Both the position numbers and the translations under genes were made by a program. A stretch of 64,000 bases of DNA, from contig RSEE01000041.1 of the NCBI GenBank assembly GCA_003971905.1, forward strand, positions 1 through 64,000, written 5' to 3'. The DNA comes from Moniliella sp. 'wahieum' (taxonomy: Eukaryota). The stretch's first letter is position 1; every line of letters starts with the position of its first letter. Shown piece after piece: positions 21,970 through 33,556 of this stretch. The notes beneath the pieces were generated by a model that saw nothing but the letters and a program-made list of their open reading frames with translations, did not search any database and was not told where the DNA came from.

Positions 21970-24607
21970 ATGCGGCTTTTGGGGGGCGGAGCTCCACTCA
22001 ACTCCTCAGCTGATCGCCCGGCCGTCGCCAACGCCATCCCCCAGCACCGTCCCCAACACCATCCTTCTCCACGCGCAGCCCAATCCCACGCGCAGTCAGC
22101 ATGCGCGGACCCGCTCCGCTCGCTGCCCATCGAAATCGGGCACGACATCTTGACGCGGGGCGTGCTGGATCCGGTGGACCTGTACCGCGTCTCGCTCGTG
22201 TCGCATCACTGGCAACCGGCTCGTTAGCAACGAAGCGGTTTGCGTGCGGTCGCGTTCCAGTGGAGACTCGTTTCGACGCGTGAAGTTCAGTTGGACGAAG
22301 CACGTACCTCACCACGTGCTAATGCCGATCGTACCCTGCGCGACCTGTTGTCTGTCGTGCGCACTGGCGCGAACTCGTGTTGGTGTACGACCTGCTTGCG
22401 CGTCAACTGGGACGAACGTTAAGTGTGATCCGGTGCCCATCCCGGTCTACGGTGCACCATATCTTTTCCACGTTGAGTCATCGCTCAGGTGGCGAAAGTG
22501 CTGAGATTCGGTTACGACGAGCGTTTATCCAAGACCGCTTTTGGCCGCCGAGTTTCTAGCGTGGTGCCACAAGATAACCGGGCGATATTTGCGAGTAACT
22601 ACCACGATATGGACATGTGGACCGCTGGGCACTGTGGGTTGTGGATCTGCAAAACTCTACGCTGCTATGGGCATATTCAAGCGAAGAAGATGCGGATGTA
22701 CTGAGCATCGCGGCAGAAGAGGAACGTTGATTGTTCACCATCGATCGTACCTTGCTGATGCGGTACGCGAGTACCTCGATATCTTCAAACTTGATTCTCA
22801 CTTGGGTCGCAAGGCACCCAAACGAGGCTATTTTCCGTCGCAAGAGTCGTTTGGACCCAAGTCAAATGGGCGTCCAAATGTCCATTGCATTGCAGGCCGT
22901 GTAGTGGTAGGGTAAGTGGCTCGTGGTTCGTGGTTCGTGGCTTATGGCTCGTGGTTCGGGTTTTGCTTTGCTTTGGTTGCTTTGCTTTGGTTTGCTTTGC
23001 TTTGGTTTGCTTTATGCGATTCCATACTCTGACCCTCCCTCCCTTCCCCTGTCTTATCTTGTTTTCTCTCCGACAATCCGAGTCGACGCCTCGCAGCTTT
23101 ACATTTTGGGACCTGGCCACCGACGCAACCACTCCCACACGCACTATCAGCATCCAACGCGCCAACATGGAAATGTTCCCTCTGGCCACAATTTGGTTGT
23201 ACGTCCGTGCTTTCCCTCCCTCCCCCTTCTCTTCACCCCCCCCCCCCCCTCCCCTTTTTCTTCACCCCCCCCACCCCCCCTCTCCCCCCCCCCCCCCCCA
23301 CCAGCAAGGAGCATGTTGGACTGACACATGTCGCGCTAGGCACCCCCTTTTGCATGGGCGTGGGACGGGAGTACTTGGTGGTCACTGGGCCAGCCGGGAA
23401 GGTCATGCGTGTTCCACGTGTACCATTACCCTACCGACACGCACCTGGACTAGGCGTGTCGGGCGAGACGGAGCGAAACCCCCAACCAACCCCGAATCCA
23501 AACCCAAAGCCAACCTCGAAATCGATAAGCGGATGCTGCACGAAGGAATGGTGGACATCACAAGGTACGATGTGCACCCCACTACGTTTTCAGACGAGTG
23601 TGCAATGCAAGGCACGCTAGTTGCGATCCCCAGTACCGGTCCAGGACAAGTGCAGGACCCAGCGACGGTGATCGCGCCGCCGCATCGGCTTTCGGAGCGA
23701 CACCCTGAGATGCACTTAGCGCTCGACGCGGCCACGGCACCGCTGTGCTGACCCTGCATGATACCATGATCCTGGTACGGGATTACCGGCAAATGGGCCA
23801 AACGGGGCGCCCGCAACGCTGTCTCGTGCTCAACTTGCATCGGTTCCCCAGTGGCCTAGACGTGATGGACGACGTGACGGACCGCGGGCCGTTAGCTGCG
23901 CAGCACGGTCGTGCGATTTGGGGCCCACTCACGCTGGTGGACTACCAAGGTTGGGATGAGGACGGTGGTGTACGAGTATGCTTTCTAGGTAACGAGGAGG
24001 ACACGAAAGTGCGTTCTCCGCCTTCCCAAGATCCGCGGAGCGACTTGGTCCAGCACGGCCCGCACAGTGGAGCACGGAACTTTCACACTGCAACGGGGAC
24101 CCCGGTATCCCTCGGTGATGCAGCGACGTACTTGGTGGAAGAAGCTGAGTTGGCACGTATGCTCCGGTACGAGCAGTACGAGTACCGCGCGGTACAGCTC
24201 ACTGCTACGGGGGTGTACTTTCTCGTGGTCGCAGTTGGGGACCGAACGGCCCTGTCGTTGTTCAATGACGATAAGCGGGCGTCAGTGGTACATGGACTGG
24301 ACTTTGCTGGTGCAGCTATGCTACGACTGAACCGACGTGTGTGTGGTGCGGCGTTGGCCAAACGCGCACGACTGGACTTGTACAAACGTATTCGTCATGC
24401 GCTCCCTGAGCAGGGGGGGCAGCACCGGGCGACGAGGAGGATGGATGGGTGGACGCCGAGGACGACGCGGAGGACGATGCGGAGGAGCAGATGGGGCACC
24501 ACAGCTACCTCGTCGACGATATGGTCGACTATCCCTTTGTGGATAGCGATAGGCTCCCCGAATTTGTCGAGTGGGACTCGGGAATCAGCCATCCACGGGA
24601 TTATTAG
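21970..24607 (+). CDS. F-box domain protein, divergent, with acidic C-terminus
   Basis: N-terminal DPLRSLPIEIGHDILTRGVLDPVDLYRVSLVSHHW matches the F-box pattern. Introns at about 22912-23096 and 23199-23339. Acidic tail EDDAEDDAEE...PRDY-stop. Start codon uncertain (21970 or 22101). Confidence 0.65.
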
Positions 24608-24699
24608 CCCAGCGCGCGGCCGAGGGGGACCGGTTACGTGTACGCTTAAGTTTACCGGTTATTAGATGGCTTGTTTGTGGTCGAGTGGCCTCCACCAGG

Positions 24700-27600
24700 G
24701 GTACATTGGTTTAGCGTTTACCCCACACTACCCTACCTTCCACCCTGGGTTGAAGCCTGAAGCTTGAAGCTTGAAGTTGCACCGGCTCCAGGCTCTGCTG
24801 CGACAGCGATGGCACGGAGGTAACGGGGTTCAGCAAAATAAAGTAGGGTCTGTTGGAACCACATCTCGTTCAACAATCTTGAAGCTTGAGGCCTTGAGGC
24901 CTTGGGGCCCGAGAGGGAACAAAAGATTCTCTGACGGCTGGTTTGCTTGTGCTCCTACACTGTTATAGCCCTTGTGGGGTTTATTATTATTCCTTTCTCT
25001 TACCCTGCACAGCCATGTGGAGGTCGCAAGCCAACCCACCCGCCACTGCTAAGGCGCTGAGTCTCTGCTCAGCTGAGCGCTACGATTCAATATTTACATG
25101 TCAGATGCCACGCTGCCGCTCCAGCCATAGACACTTAAGTGGTTGTCCACGGAAGAACCCTTGAATCAAGCTAATCAAGCCATCAAGGAGGGGTCTATGT
25201 ACACTATATACGTAGCCCGTTGCACTGCAGGACCCATGTACTCATACCTCTTCGGTCTCTGTGCATGAGTAGTAAGACTGAATCTCAGTACTCAGAACTC
25301 AGAACTCAGGACTCAGGCCTCAGGCCTCAACAGTCTGTGATCAACTCTGATCGAAACACTCGCGCTCTCGTACTCCGACTTGAAGCTTAAGGACATACGA
25401 AAGACGCAGTACGGTTGGGGGCCTCTCGCATAGTGTAAAACATGTATCGGCTTTCCTTTGGATAAATGGTTACCGATTACCCGGTTACCGGTTACTGGTT
25501 ACCGGGTAAGGTTGACCCTCCGCGGTGAAGGTGAAGCTTGAAGCTTGAAGCTTGAATAAAAGCTAGAAGCTTGAAGCTGTGACATGTGGTGGTTGGTCCC
25601 CCAGTCCCAACAACATGGAACCCCAACCCGCGAGAGTCGAAATCTCAATCTCAATCTGAATTTGAGTCTGAATCTGAATCTGGTGGAGCCAATCAATAAG
25701 CGACCCAACAAATAGGAACGGCATTGGTCAAATCCAATGAAGCCATCTTCGTATATTTCCACTCGAAAAACAACAGAGGCCGAGGTCGAGGCCAGAAGGG
25801 AACCGAGGGAAGTGACCTAGTGACCTAGTGACATGGGACACCTGAAACCGAGTTTCCATGTCGCCTATTTGGCACCCACAAGCGGGTATGGGTATTGCGG
25901 CGTTGGTGGTCGGTGGATCGGATACATGCACCCTCTGACTCCGGTTCCCAAGCCTCAAGCTTGAAGCTTCAAGCTTAAAAAGAGGAGCTTGCAGACAGGA
26001 ACTCAGCGAAGCCCTTCCATGCGCTATTATATAACAAGATTGGCGCTACCCTTCGCTAAGAGTGTCAACGCTAAAGCCGCACAGGGCACAGCACTCCCAG
26101 GATTGAAATCGGGTGCAACAGGTCGTACAGGGACAAACGGGCGTCGCCCCCCGTCCATCTGCTGCACTGGGCTCAAATTCAAATGAGAGTGGTGCATGGT
26201 GGCTCTGGGTCAAAAAAGGGTGTAATTGTGGATCTGTTGGGCGTCAGGCGTGAGGCATAATGCATCAGGTGGATGCCTTCGGCTTTTTCCCTTGCTTCTT
26301 ACCGTCCGGTGCATGGAATCGATGGGACGGATAGAATCCCTGCTGCCACGTAAATCAATCTCTACGTATGTAGTATTGGATCGAAGAGTATATCGCAGGG
26401 TGTAGGATGTAGTGACTAGTGCCTAGTGCCAATCCACTCTAGTGACTCCTATTGTAATGTTGCAGTTCCCGGAAACAATTGCAGTAAGATAGAAGGAAAG
26501 GGGGAACCGGTGGCAAAAAGCTTTTGAAGCTTGAAGTTGTTAAAGCGTGAAGCAAGTTAGAGGCTGAAGCTCTGAAACTCTTGTTGCTTTTGAAGCGTGA
26601 AAAACTTGAAGCTTGAAGCTTGTAGAGGATCCACCCTGCAAGCTCGAGAGCCACATCCGTCGCAGCCTACAGGGAAAGGGAAAAGGGTGCTGGCCGGACG
26701 CAATACGTTTATGATAGATGTTACCTTTCGGTATCATTCGGTAAATAACCAACTCGGTTCAGTATATTCATCGGGGTTTTCGGGAGCTCAGCGCCTCAGA
26801 CCCTAGTACCCTATTAGCACCAGGCTCAGGCCTCAGGGCCTGAGCCTCAGGAGGCTTCAAGCTTCAAGCAGCTACCTTCAAGCTTCAGTCTTCAGCGCCG
26901 TCAACTTTCAACCTTCCAGACACACCATACATGAAAGATCTGAGATCTGAGATTTCATGATACCCTAGAACTCCCACCAGGGGGACGCGCGATATGCTGC
27001 GCAATGGGATCTGTACTTAATGACCCCCACGGCTTTGCAAGAACCATCTGACATGTGATGCATTTCGTCGACCGTCGTCGGAGTCATGATGCGCATTATG
27101 CATCAAGGAACAAGGTCCGGTCAACCGGATCACTGAAGTTGGTACCGAGTACTACTCCGAGCGGTGAGTAGTGAGCTACCCTGATGGCGGAGAGCCTGGC
27201 CGGAGATACGGAAAACGGGATATGGGCGGTGGAGCGGAGCACGTCCAGACGACGCGCAAGGCCTAATGTCTGAGGTCAAGCGTAAGTAAGGCGTAAGGAA
27301 CTAGGACCTAGGAACTTGGAACAAGTAATAACCGGACTATCCAGTCTAAGAAGGGCTAGGGTTCTAAGAATGGATATATGAATGGGCGTCATAGTGATGT
27401 CGCGCGTAGTAACAGAGAGAGACAAGTGCGTTGGTCGGAATTGCCAATTGGACGGGACCGTTGGCGGGCGTCTGGATAAATTACGAAACACAAAAGAGGT
27501 GGAGTGAGAAAAACGCTTGCATTATATGATGGCGTAATGCATAACTGGAAATTGGCGTTCCGCTGACTAAGTTGGGTCACGCGATCACGATCAGGCCTCA

Positions 27601-30600
27601 GGCCCTCAGGGCTTAGTTCCCCGGTCGCCTGAGTGCGGCGCTGGGAAGATATAGAAGCTGAATTTGAAAAACGAGTGGCGCTTGAAGAGCTTGACGCGCT
27701 TGAAGAGCTGGACGCGCTTGAACCTTCACTTGAAGACTTGAAGCTTGAAGAGTAACTGAGTTTCCAGTGGCTGTCCAGAAAGCGACGCTGGGGACGCAAG
27801 AAGAGATGACGAGATGAACCGATCCGTGGTCGATGAGAGTGACTTTATATGAGAGGCCTGAGGGCGGACGGTGATGGTCTCTCGTCGATACCATGACGAT
27901 CATGCATCATGGCAGGAACATCTATCTGCAATGCATGGTCGAAAGATGGATGACTACATGAGTCAAGCTCGAGGCTTTTGATGTTGTGTATAATATGCCC
28001 CCCCCAAAAACGCACACTTCCAGGTCAAGCTTCAAAAACTTAAGAGTTTCAGGGCTGCAGAGGAGGGGAGATGAAGGAGCTCTGGGAACTTATAGGCCTT
28101 GGTAGAGGCATTATAGATCGACCTTATCTGTCGTACGTTTACGTTTTGCTGGTACAGAGCGTATCGGGACAGTAGCAGTGCCTTTGCGCGAGACCCACAA
28201 TAGACACTCCTGAGGCCCTGAGGCTGAACGTTCCCCGAACACTCCTCTTTGGCGTAGACATCATTGACTTGGAGATTGACATTGACATCAGGTCTCAGGG
28301 CCTCAACAGGGCCCCCCAGGGTCTCACCAATCACCGATCATGTGGGCTAGTTGATACGCACCCAGTGTCACTATGTCACCATGTCACCGCTCACCACATC
28401 TGTTGATTACCAGCGTCACTATCCCCCTCCCCGCCTTCCGTCGTGCTGTTATTGTCGCCACAATTGCTATAGGATCTAGCCTCTGCCCACCTACAATTTT
28501 TTCCAAGCGTGCAGGAGCGTAGGTTGGTGTGGCCAAAAGTAGTGACCGGGGTGACCGGTGGCACCGGTGCCATGACGCGGGACGTGATGCACAAAAGACG
28601 TTCCCTTCAAGCTTTACATGTCTATTATACACTTATCTATGGCGCCTACGTTCTGTGAATCGTGATCAGAAGACTGATTCGAGGCCTATAGAGCTAGAGG
28701 GACTAGAATATCCAACAGTACATATTGCGCTAGAATGCGCTTTGGTCTTCCTAATCGAATGCGCAAACGCGTCTTAAACACGTACGATTCCATCCATTAA
28801 AGCTTCTCGGTTTCTCTGACTTTGTACGACCGAAGGAAACCACGGATTCGCGTGGAGAACCTCTGGAAATTGTAGGGCAAATGCAATCGCGATGGGGGTG
28901 TGGTTAAGGCCAAAGGTCTAACCCTTTTAGCAAGAGGCGATGGGGGGTCGAACAATAAGCCGGAGTATTAGACACGTGGAGGCTTCGGAGGTCAAATAAT
29001 TAAAGGCCTAAGGATTAGGAGCTTAAGGGGAAAAGGGTGATAACCGATAACGCGCGCTGGCCTATACAGTGTACGGGGCCACGGGTCCCAACAGTTTTGT
29101 ATGCACTAAGTCGCGGTGCGATCCGTCGAGCAATTAAACCATTGCATCATGCTTCAAGCTACTCAATCTATAATGCTCTACCGGGCTCTCTATTATCTGC
29201 TCTACCATATACCACGCCAGACCACGATTGACTAGGACTAGTGACTAGTGACTAGTGATTGGCTGGCTGCCTGGTCACATGTCACATGGTCACAGTGACT
29301 ATAGGGACCATATGATCGACTTGCTGACACTGTGTGACACATCACATGTCACGAGGTCCATCGTGCATGTCAGACGTGTCACATACGATGTCACACGCCA
29401 ATTCACATTTGGTTTGTTCAGACGTTCAACGTTCGTATAACGTCCATCGATCGATCATCGACCATCCCGCTCTCCAATGCACGATAGAGGCAATGCTTGC
29501 ATAGCGTTGGGAGCTAAGCTTGCTCTCGACTTCGGCGAGCTTGATCGAGATTCCCTTTCGCTCGCACTAAGGTCACGATATCTTCCTCACTGGAACCACT
29601 TCGGTCATTAGCGCATCAGTTAGTACCTGCATTAGCGCGTAGCGCTTAGCAGTAATATCTTTGTCCCTGCAGTAGGACGCGATCGCCTTTACCGCTTCTT
29701 TTCCTAGCCACACCCGATCGGCGGCATCGCGAAAGATTGGGTGACATGTGCCATGTGACATGTGACAGTCTTCGGTTTGAAAAAACGTGCAGTCAGTCGC
29801 ATGTTGACACTTTAAGCTTTACTTTTAACGTTAGCCAGGAAAAACGTTTGTACTGAGCAATGCACATGTCGCAGAGTGCGAGTGCCTCAGGCCTCAGTAC
29901 TGATGGTTGGTTCGTGCCTGACCACTTGGGGCGAGGGGCGGGGGGGAGAGAGAAAACGATCAAGAAAAACATGTGTGTAACAAACGTAAACATTAAGCAT
30001 GGTATCGAATGCATGATGTGTGTGCTGCTGAATACTTTTTTGATGGTGGCACTGTTGGACAGAGGAGTGGCTAGTAGTCCGCTGTGGGATTGAACAACGG
30101 TGACCGATTTGATCGATTTGATCGATGGTCTCTCCTATGTAGGCCCCGTGTCGGAGCTTGTGCCTGCTCGCGCGCGATCGAAGATCTTAGATCACTAGAT
30201 CAATTCCTTCTCTCTTTCAAAGGATTTACAGGCTCACGAGATCTCTTCCGATATATGATAGGCAATAGATCCGGAGCGCAGAATGATGCTAGAGCCCAAT
30301 TCCATCCACATTCTCCTCTGCGCCTCTGCAACGCGCCTCTGCAGCCCTCGCTCGTCTCTCCTCAGGCCTCATTAATCGTTCGCCTCACCACCCCCCCCCT
30401 CAGGCCTCCGAACGACTCTAGACTTGAGAGGTCTTCTGGCCTCCTCTAAGGCCCAGCTGGGGCCCTGAAGCGAGTGAAAAGCGCGAGTAACCATTTTACA
30501 AGAATTGCAAGTCGTGTGTAGTGTATGTGAACGTATTACCATACACACCTGCAAGCCCAGCGCAGGGCCCGCCAAGCCATCTGTCACGTGCGGCGTCCCA

Positions 30601-33500
30601 GCTGGGACCGATCGAGCGAGAGTGAGACTTGCATGAGAAGCGCATTGCCAAGAGTACAACACAAATTATACCCAAGGCCCAATGGTCACTGTAGTTGGCC
30701 TACAATGCATAATGGCCAATTGTGTATTGGCCAATCATCTACAATCTCACTGTGGCCCAGTGGCCCGGGTTGCTGTGGCATGTGACGGTGCGTGTTGATA
30801 GTGACGGTTCGATGGCCAATCCTAGTCAATATTCAATCGAGAGTGGAGCCGAGGTGGAGGATGGCGGAGGTAAGGGCCAGATGATGAAGGAGTAGGGAAA
30901 TAGGGAGTAGGGGAGCATGGCGCTTGGAACAGGAGATCTGAGAGGTCGTGGTCCAACATCAAAACACGTTCGACGTTTTTTGCGACTAGACTACGAGATA
31001 CAAAGACACCGCCAAACCAAATTCAATCACAACCAATTGATCGTTGGATCATGCATCCATCCTGAATCATTAATCACATCTCCGACTTCTAGGGCGTCCT
31101 CAGGCCTCAGGCCGGTTAGGCCGATCATCGATCAACCAGGGCCAGTAACTAGTAACTCGTCTACTCCGTACGTCGGTGAAATACTCAGGACTACTGACCT
31201 ATATTCAGTTCTCACAACATGTGCGCCATGGTTCTCTCTCTGTTTTCATTAAACTCTTGCGCTACAACGTCCCAGCTTGGCGCCCCGATCGATCACGTGC
31301 GTCGTGTGCTGATGGAGGGGACTGTGTGCGGAGTCCCACTTGTGATTTGTGATGCATGCTTCAACCAGCTCATTAATCTTTTGCATCATATATGCATCAC
31401 AAAAGCTGATAAAGTCGCTCACTATTCACATGATTCACACATCCACCCAGCCCATCCTCGCCTGCATCTCCGATCATCGATCAGCGCTTAGCGCGCGATC
31501 AGCTCAAGCACCCAGCCTGATCTCAGTGTAAGAGAGGGGGAGCCTCCGACACACGAGTAAGGTCCGTTGGTGGCTCTTGGGGGATGCAAGATGGACGACA
31601 GGCAAGTCAGAGTTGAGCGTTTGAAACACGGTGAGCATTACTGTGGCTACTATTATATTACTGAGTAGCAGCGCCAAGCCCTCTGCGGGATGCTGAGGCT
31701 TGCTCAGCCTAGAATGTAATGCAGCCTGGGGCCTGGGACGTCTCCAGACTGAGTTGTGCCTTGTTGTTCCGCGGTCCAGCGCTCAGCTGAGCTCAGCTCC
31801 GAGGGGCAGCGTGGGGGGGTCTGGGTTTGAGGGCCTGAGATCTGGGAACAACCGTGGGGGCACCGTCACGCGTTAAACCTGAGGCCCTAAGGCCTTCTGA
31901 TGGTGAGCCTGTGATGAGAGAGCCCACAGGAGTCTCTCTTCGCCCCTTGTCTACATGTCACCGCACGAGGATCACCCATTGACTAACTGCATTACATGGT
32001 ACGTTTGCTAGTTATTCGTTACTAGTTACTAGTTACCACCAGTTACTAGCAGTTACTCTAGTGGCCAGGTACTCCATAACTCAATCAATACTCAGTACCT
32101 CAGTATACTCAGTCTGAGTACACATTGTATTCAGTCTGTGTGCTCACAGTACTCGCGTGCAGTCTGAGTATTCTCGCCATCAGTCACTAGCCACTCGTCC
32201 CTTCAAGCTTCAAGCTTCACTAGCTCCACTAGGGACTAGTAGCAGGCACCCTAGTCCTTGAAGCTTGAAGCTTGAAGCTTGAGAGCTTGAGCGCTTGAGC
32301 GCTTGAGCGATGATCGATGGTCAGTGACTAGGTGGCTAGTAATTAATGGTGACTTGTAGCCAAAGCCACTAAGGCACAGGCTACGTCACTAGTCACTCAC
32401 CGCGTCACAGGCGTCACCGCGTCACCGTGACCACTCAAGTCACTCACTAGTTACTCGTCAGCAGTCACGTATACAGTCACGAGACGCAAGTGCTGATTTA
32501 GCCGCCCAACATGCTTTGTGGGGAGAAGGACTTGGGCAGCCGCAAGGACCAAACCCTGGGACGATTGCCAATTGCCAATGTTGGACTGGGCTTTGCGCAC
32601 CGTCCCACTCGTTGCTGCCTCGGCCTTTCCCCCGTCTCGTGCGCTCCCACGGCCTCTCAGGCCGCACCCTGCACAAGGCTGGAATTTGTTATGCCACACC
32701 GCCCTGCCACACTCTGCCCACAAACTCTGCAGCCCGGCGTTACGGTTCCAGTGGCGCTCAGCCCTTGGTGCTCATGCACCAACGCTGTCTGCCCTCGTCA
32801 AAGTACGCGATGCCTATCGGTATTGAACATTGACGATGGCCATCACCCGCCTCATCGTCCCGATCCCATCCCCTCCCAGGGTGCCGCTAATCATTTGCTG
32901 TGTTTTTCTCGTGTGTCCAACGTCCAACAGTTGTCTCGCAACACGCACCTGCCAATGTCCGGGTCAGGAACCCGATGGCGTTGGCAGCCAGCAGGCAGTA
33001 GTTAGCTGTGCGCTCGGTTCTCGAAGCTATCTGAGATCGGGTCTGGGAGCGGCCGTAGCAGTTGCTCGTTCTTACACATTGCGTTATATCGATTGCGACT
33101 GCGCCCTCCCCCCCCCCACTCTTTTTCTTTTCATCTTTGTGCGTGGAACTTGTAGCTCGGAACAGAGACACAGAGCCTATAGTCCCCCCTCCCCCCTTAC
33201 CCGATTCAGGTCCCCGTGTTGGGCTCAGTCGCGCTCACCGTTCAATATTCAATGCTCAACACGATTCACCGTTGACATGCAGTCGGACCGAGGGCCAAAC
33301 TCAGACCAGACTTGGACTTAAGGGCACTTTGACCGGTTGACTTTAACACACCCAGATTCAGTACTCAGTCTCAGACGCGGGCTCCGCATGGGTTGCAAGC
33401 CCCCCGCCCTTTTCTTAGCTCCACCACCATTGCTTTCGCCACTGTCATACGCTGCGCTACACGTTGGGTACTTTAGCGTGCAGATCTGACGTGTGTCGTG
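24700..33500. other. Roughly 8.8-kb region without a recognisable gene, rich in tandem palindromic motifs
   Basis: Only short ORFs. Dense (GAAGCTT)n, (GACTAGT)n, (CAGGCCT)n, (GAGATCT)n, (GACATGT)n and (TACCGGT)n runs. Confidence 0.75.
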
Positions 33501-33556
33501 CGCTGCCTGTGTTTGCTGTTTGCTTGCAGCGGCCCCCTTGTCTGCGAAACGTCTCC

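Noticed and set aside
24700..33500. Many restriction-site hexamers (HindIII, SpeI, StuI, BglII, AgeI) suggesting a polylinker or vector contamination
   Set aside because: Sites are tandemly repeated, degenerate and dispersed across many intergenic regions. There is no vector backbone, and common G/C-initiated cloning sites are not arrayed.
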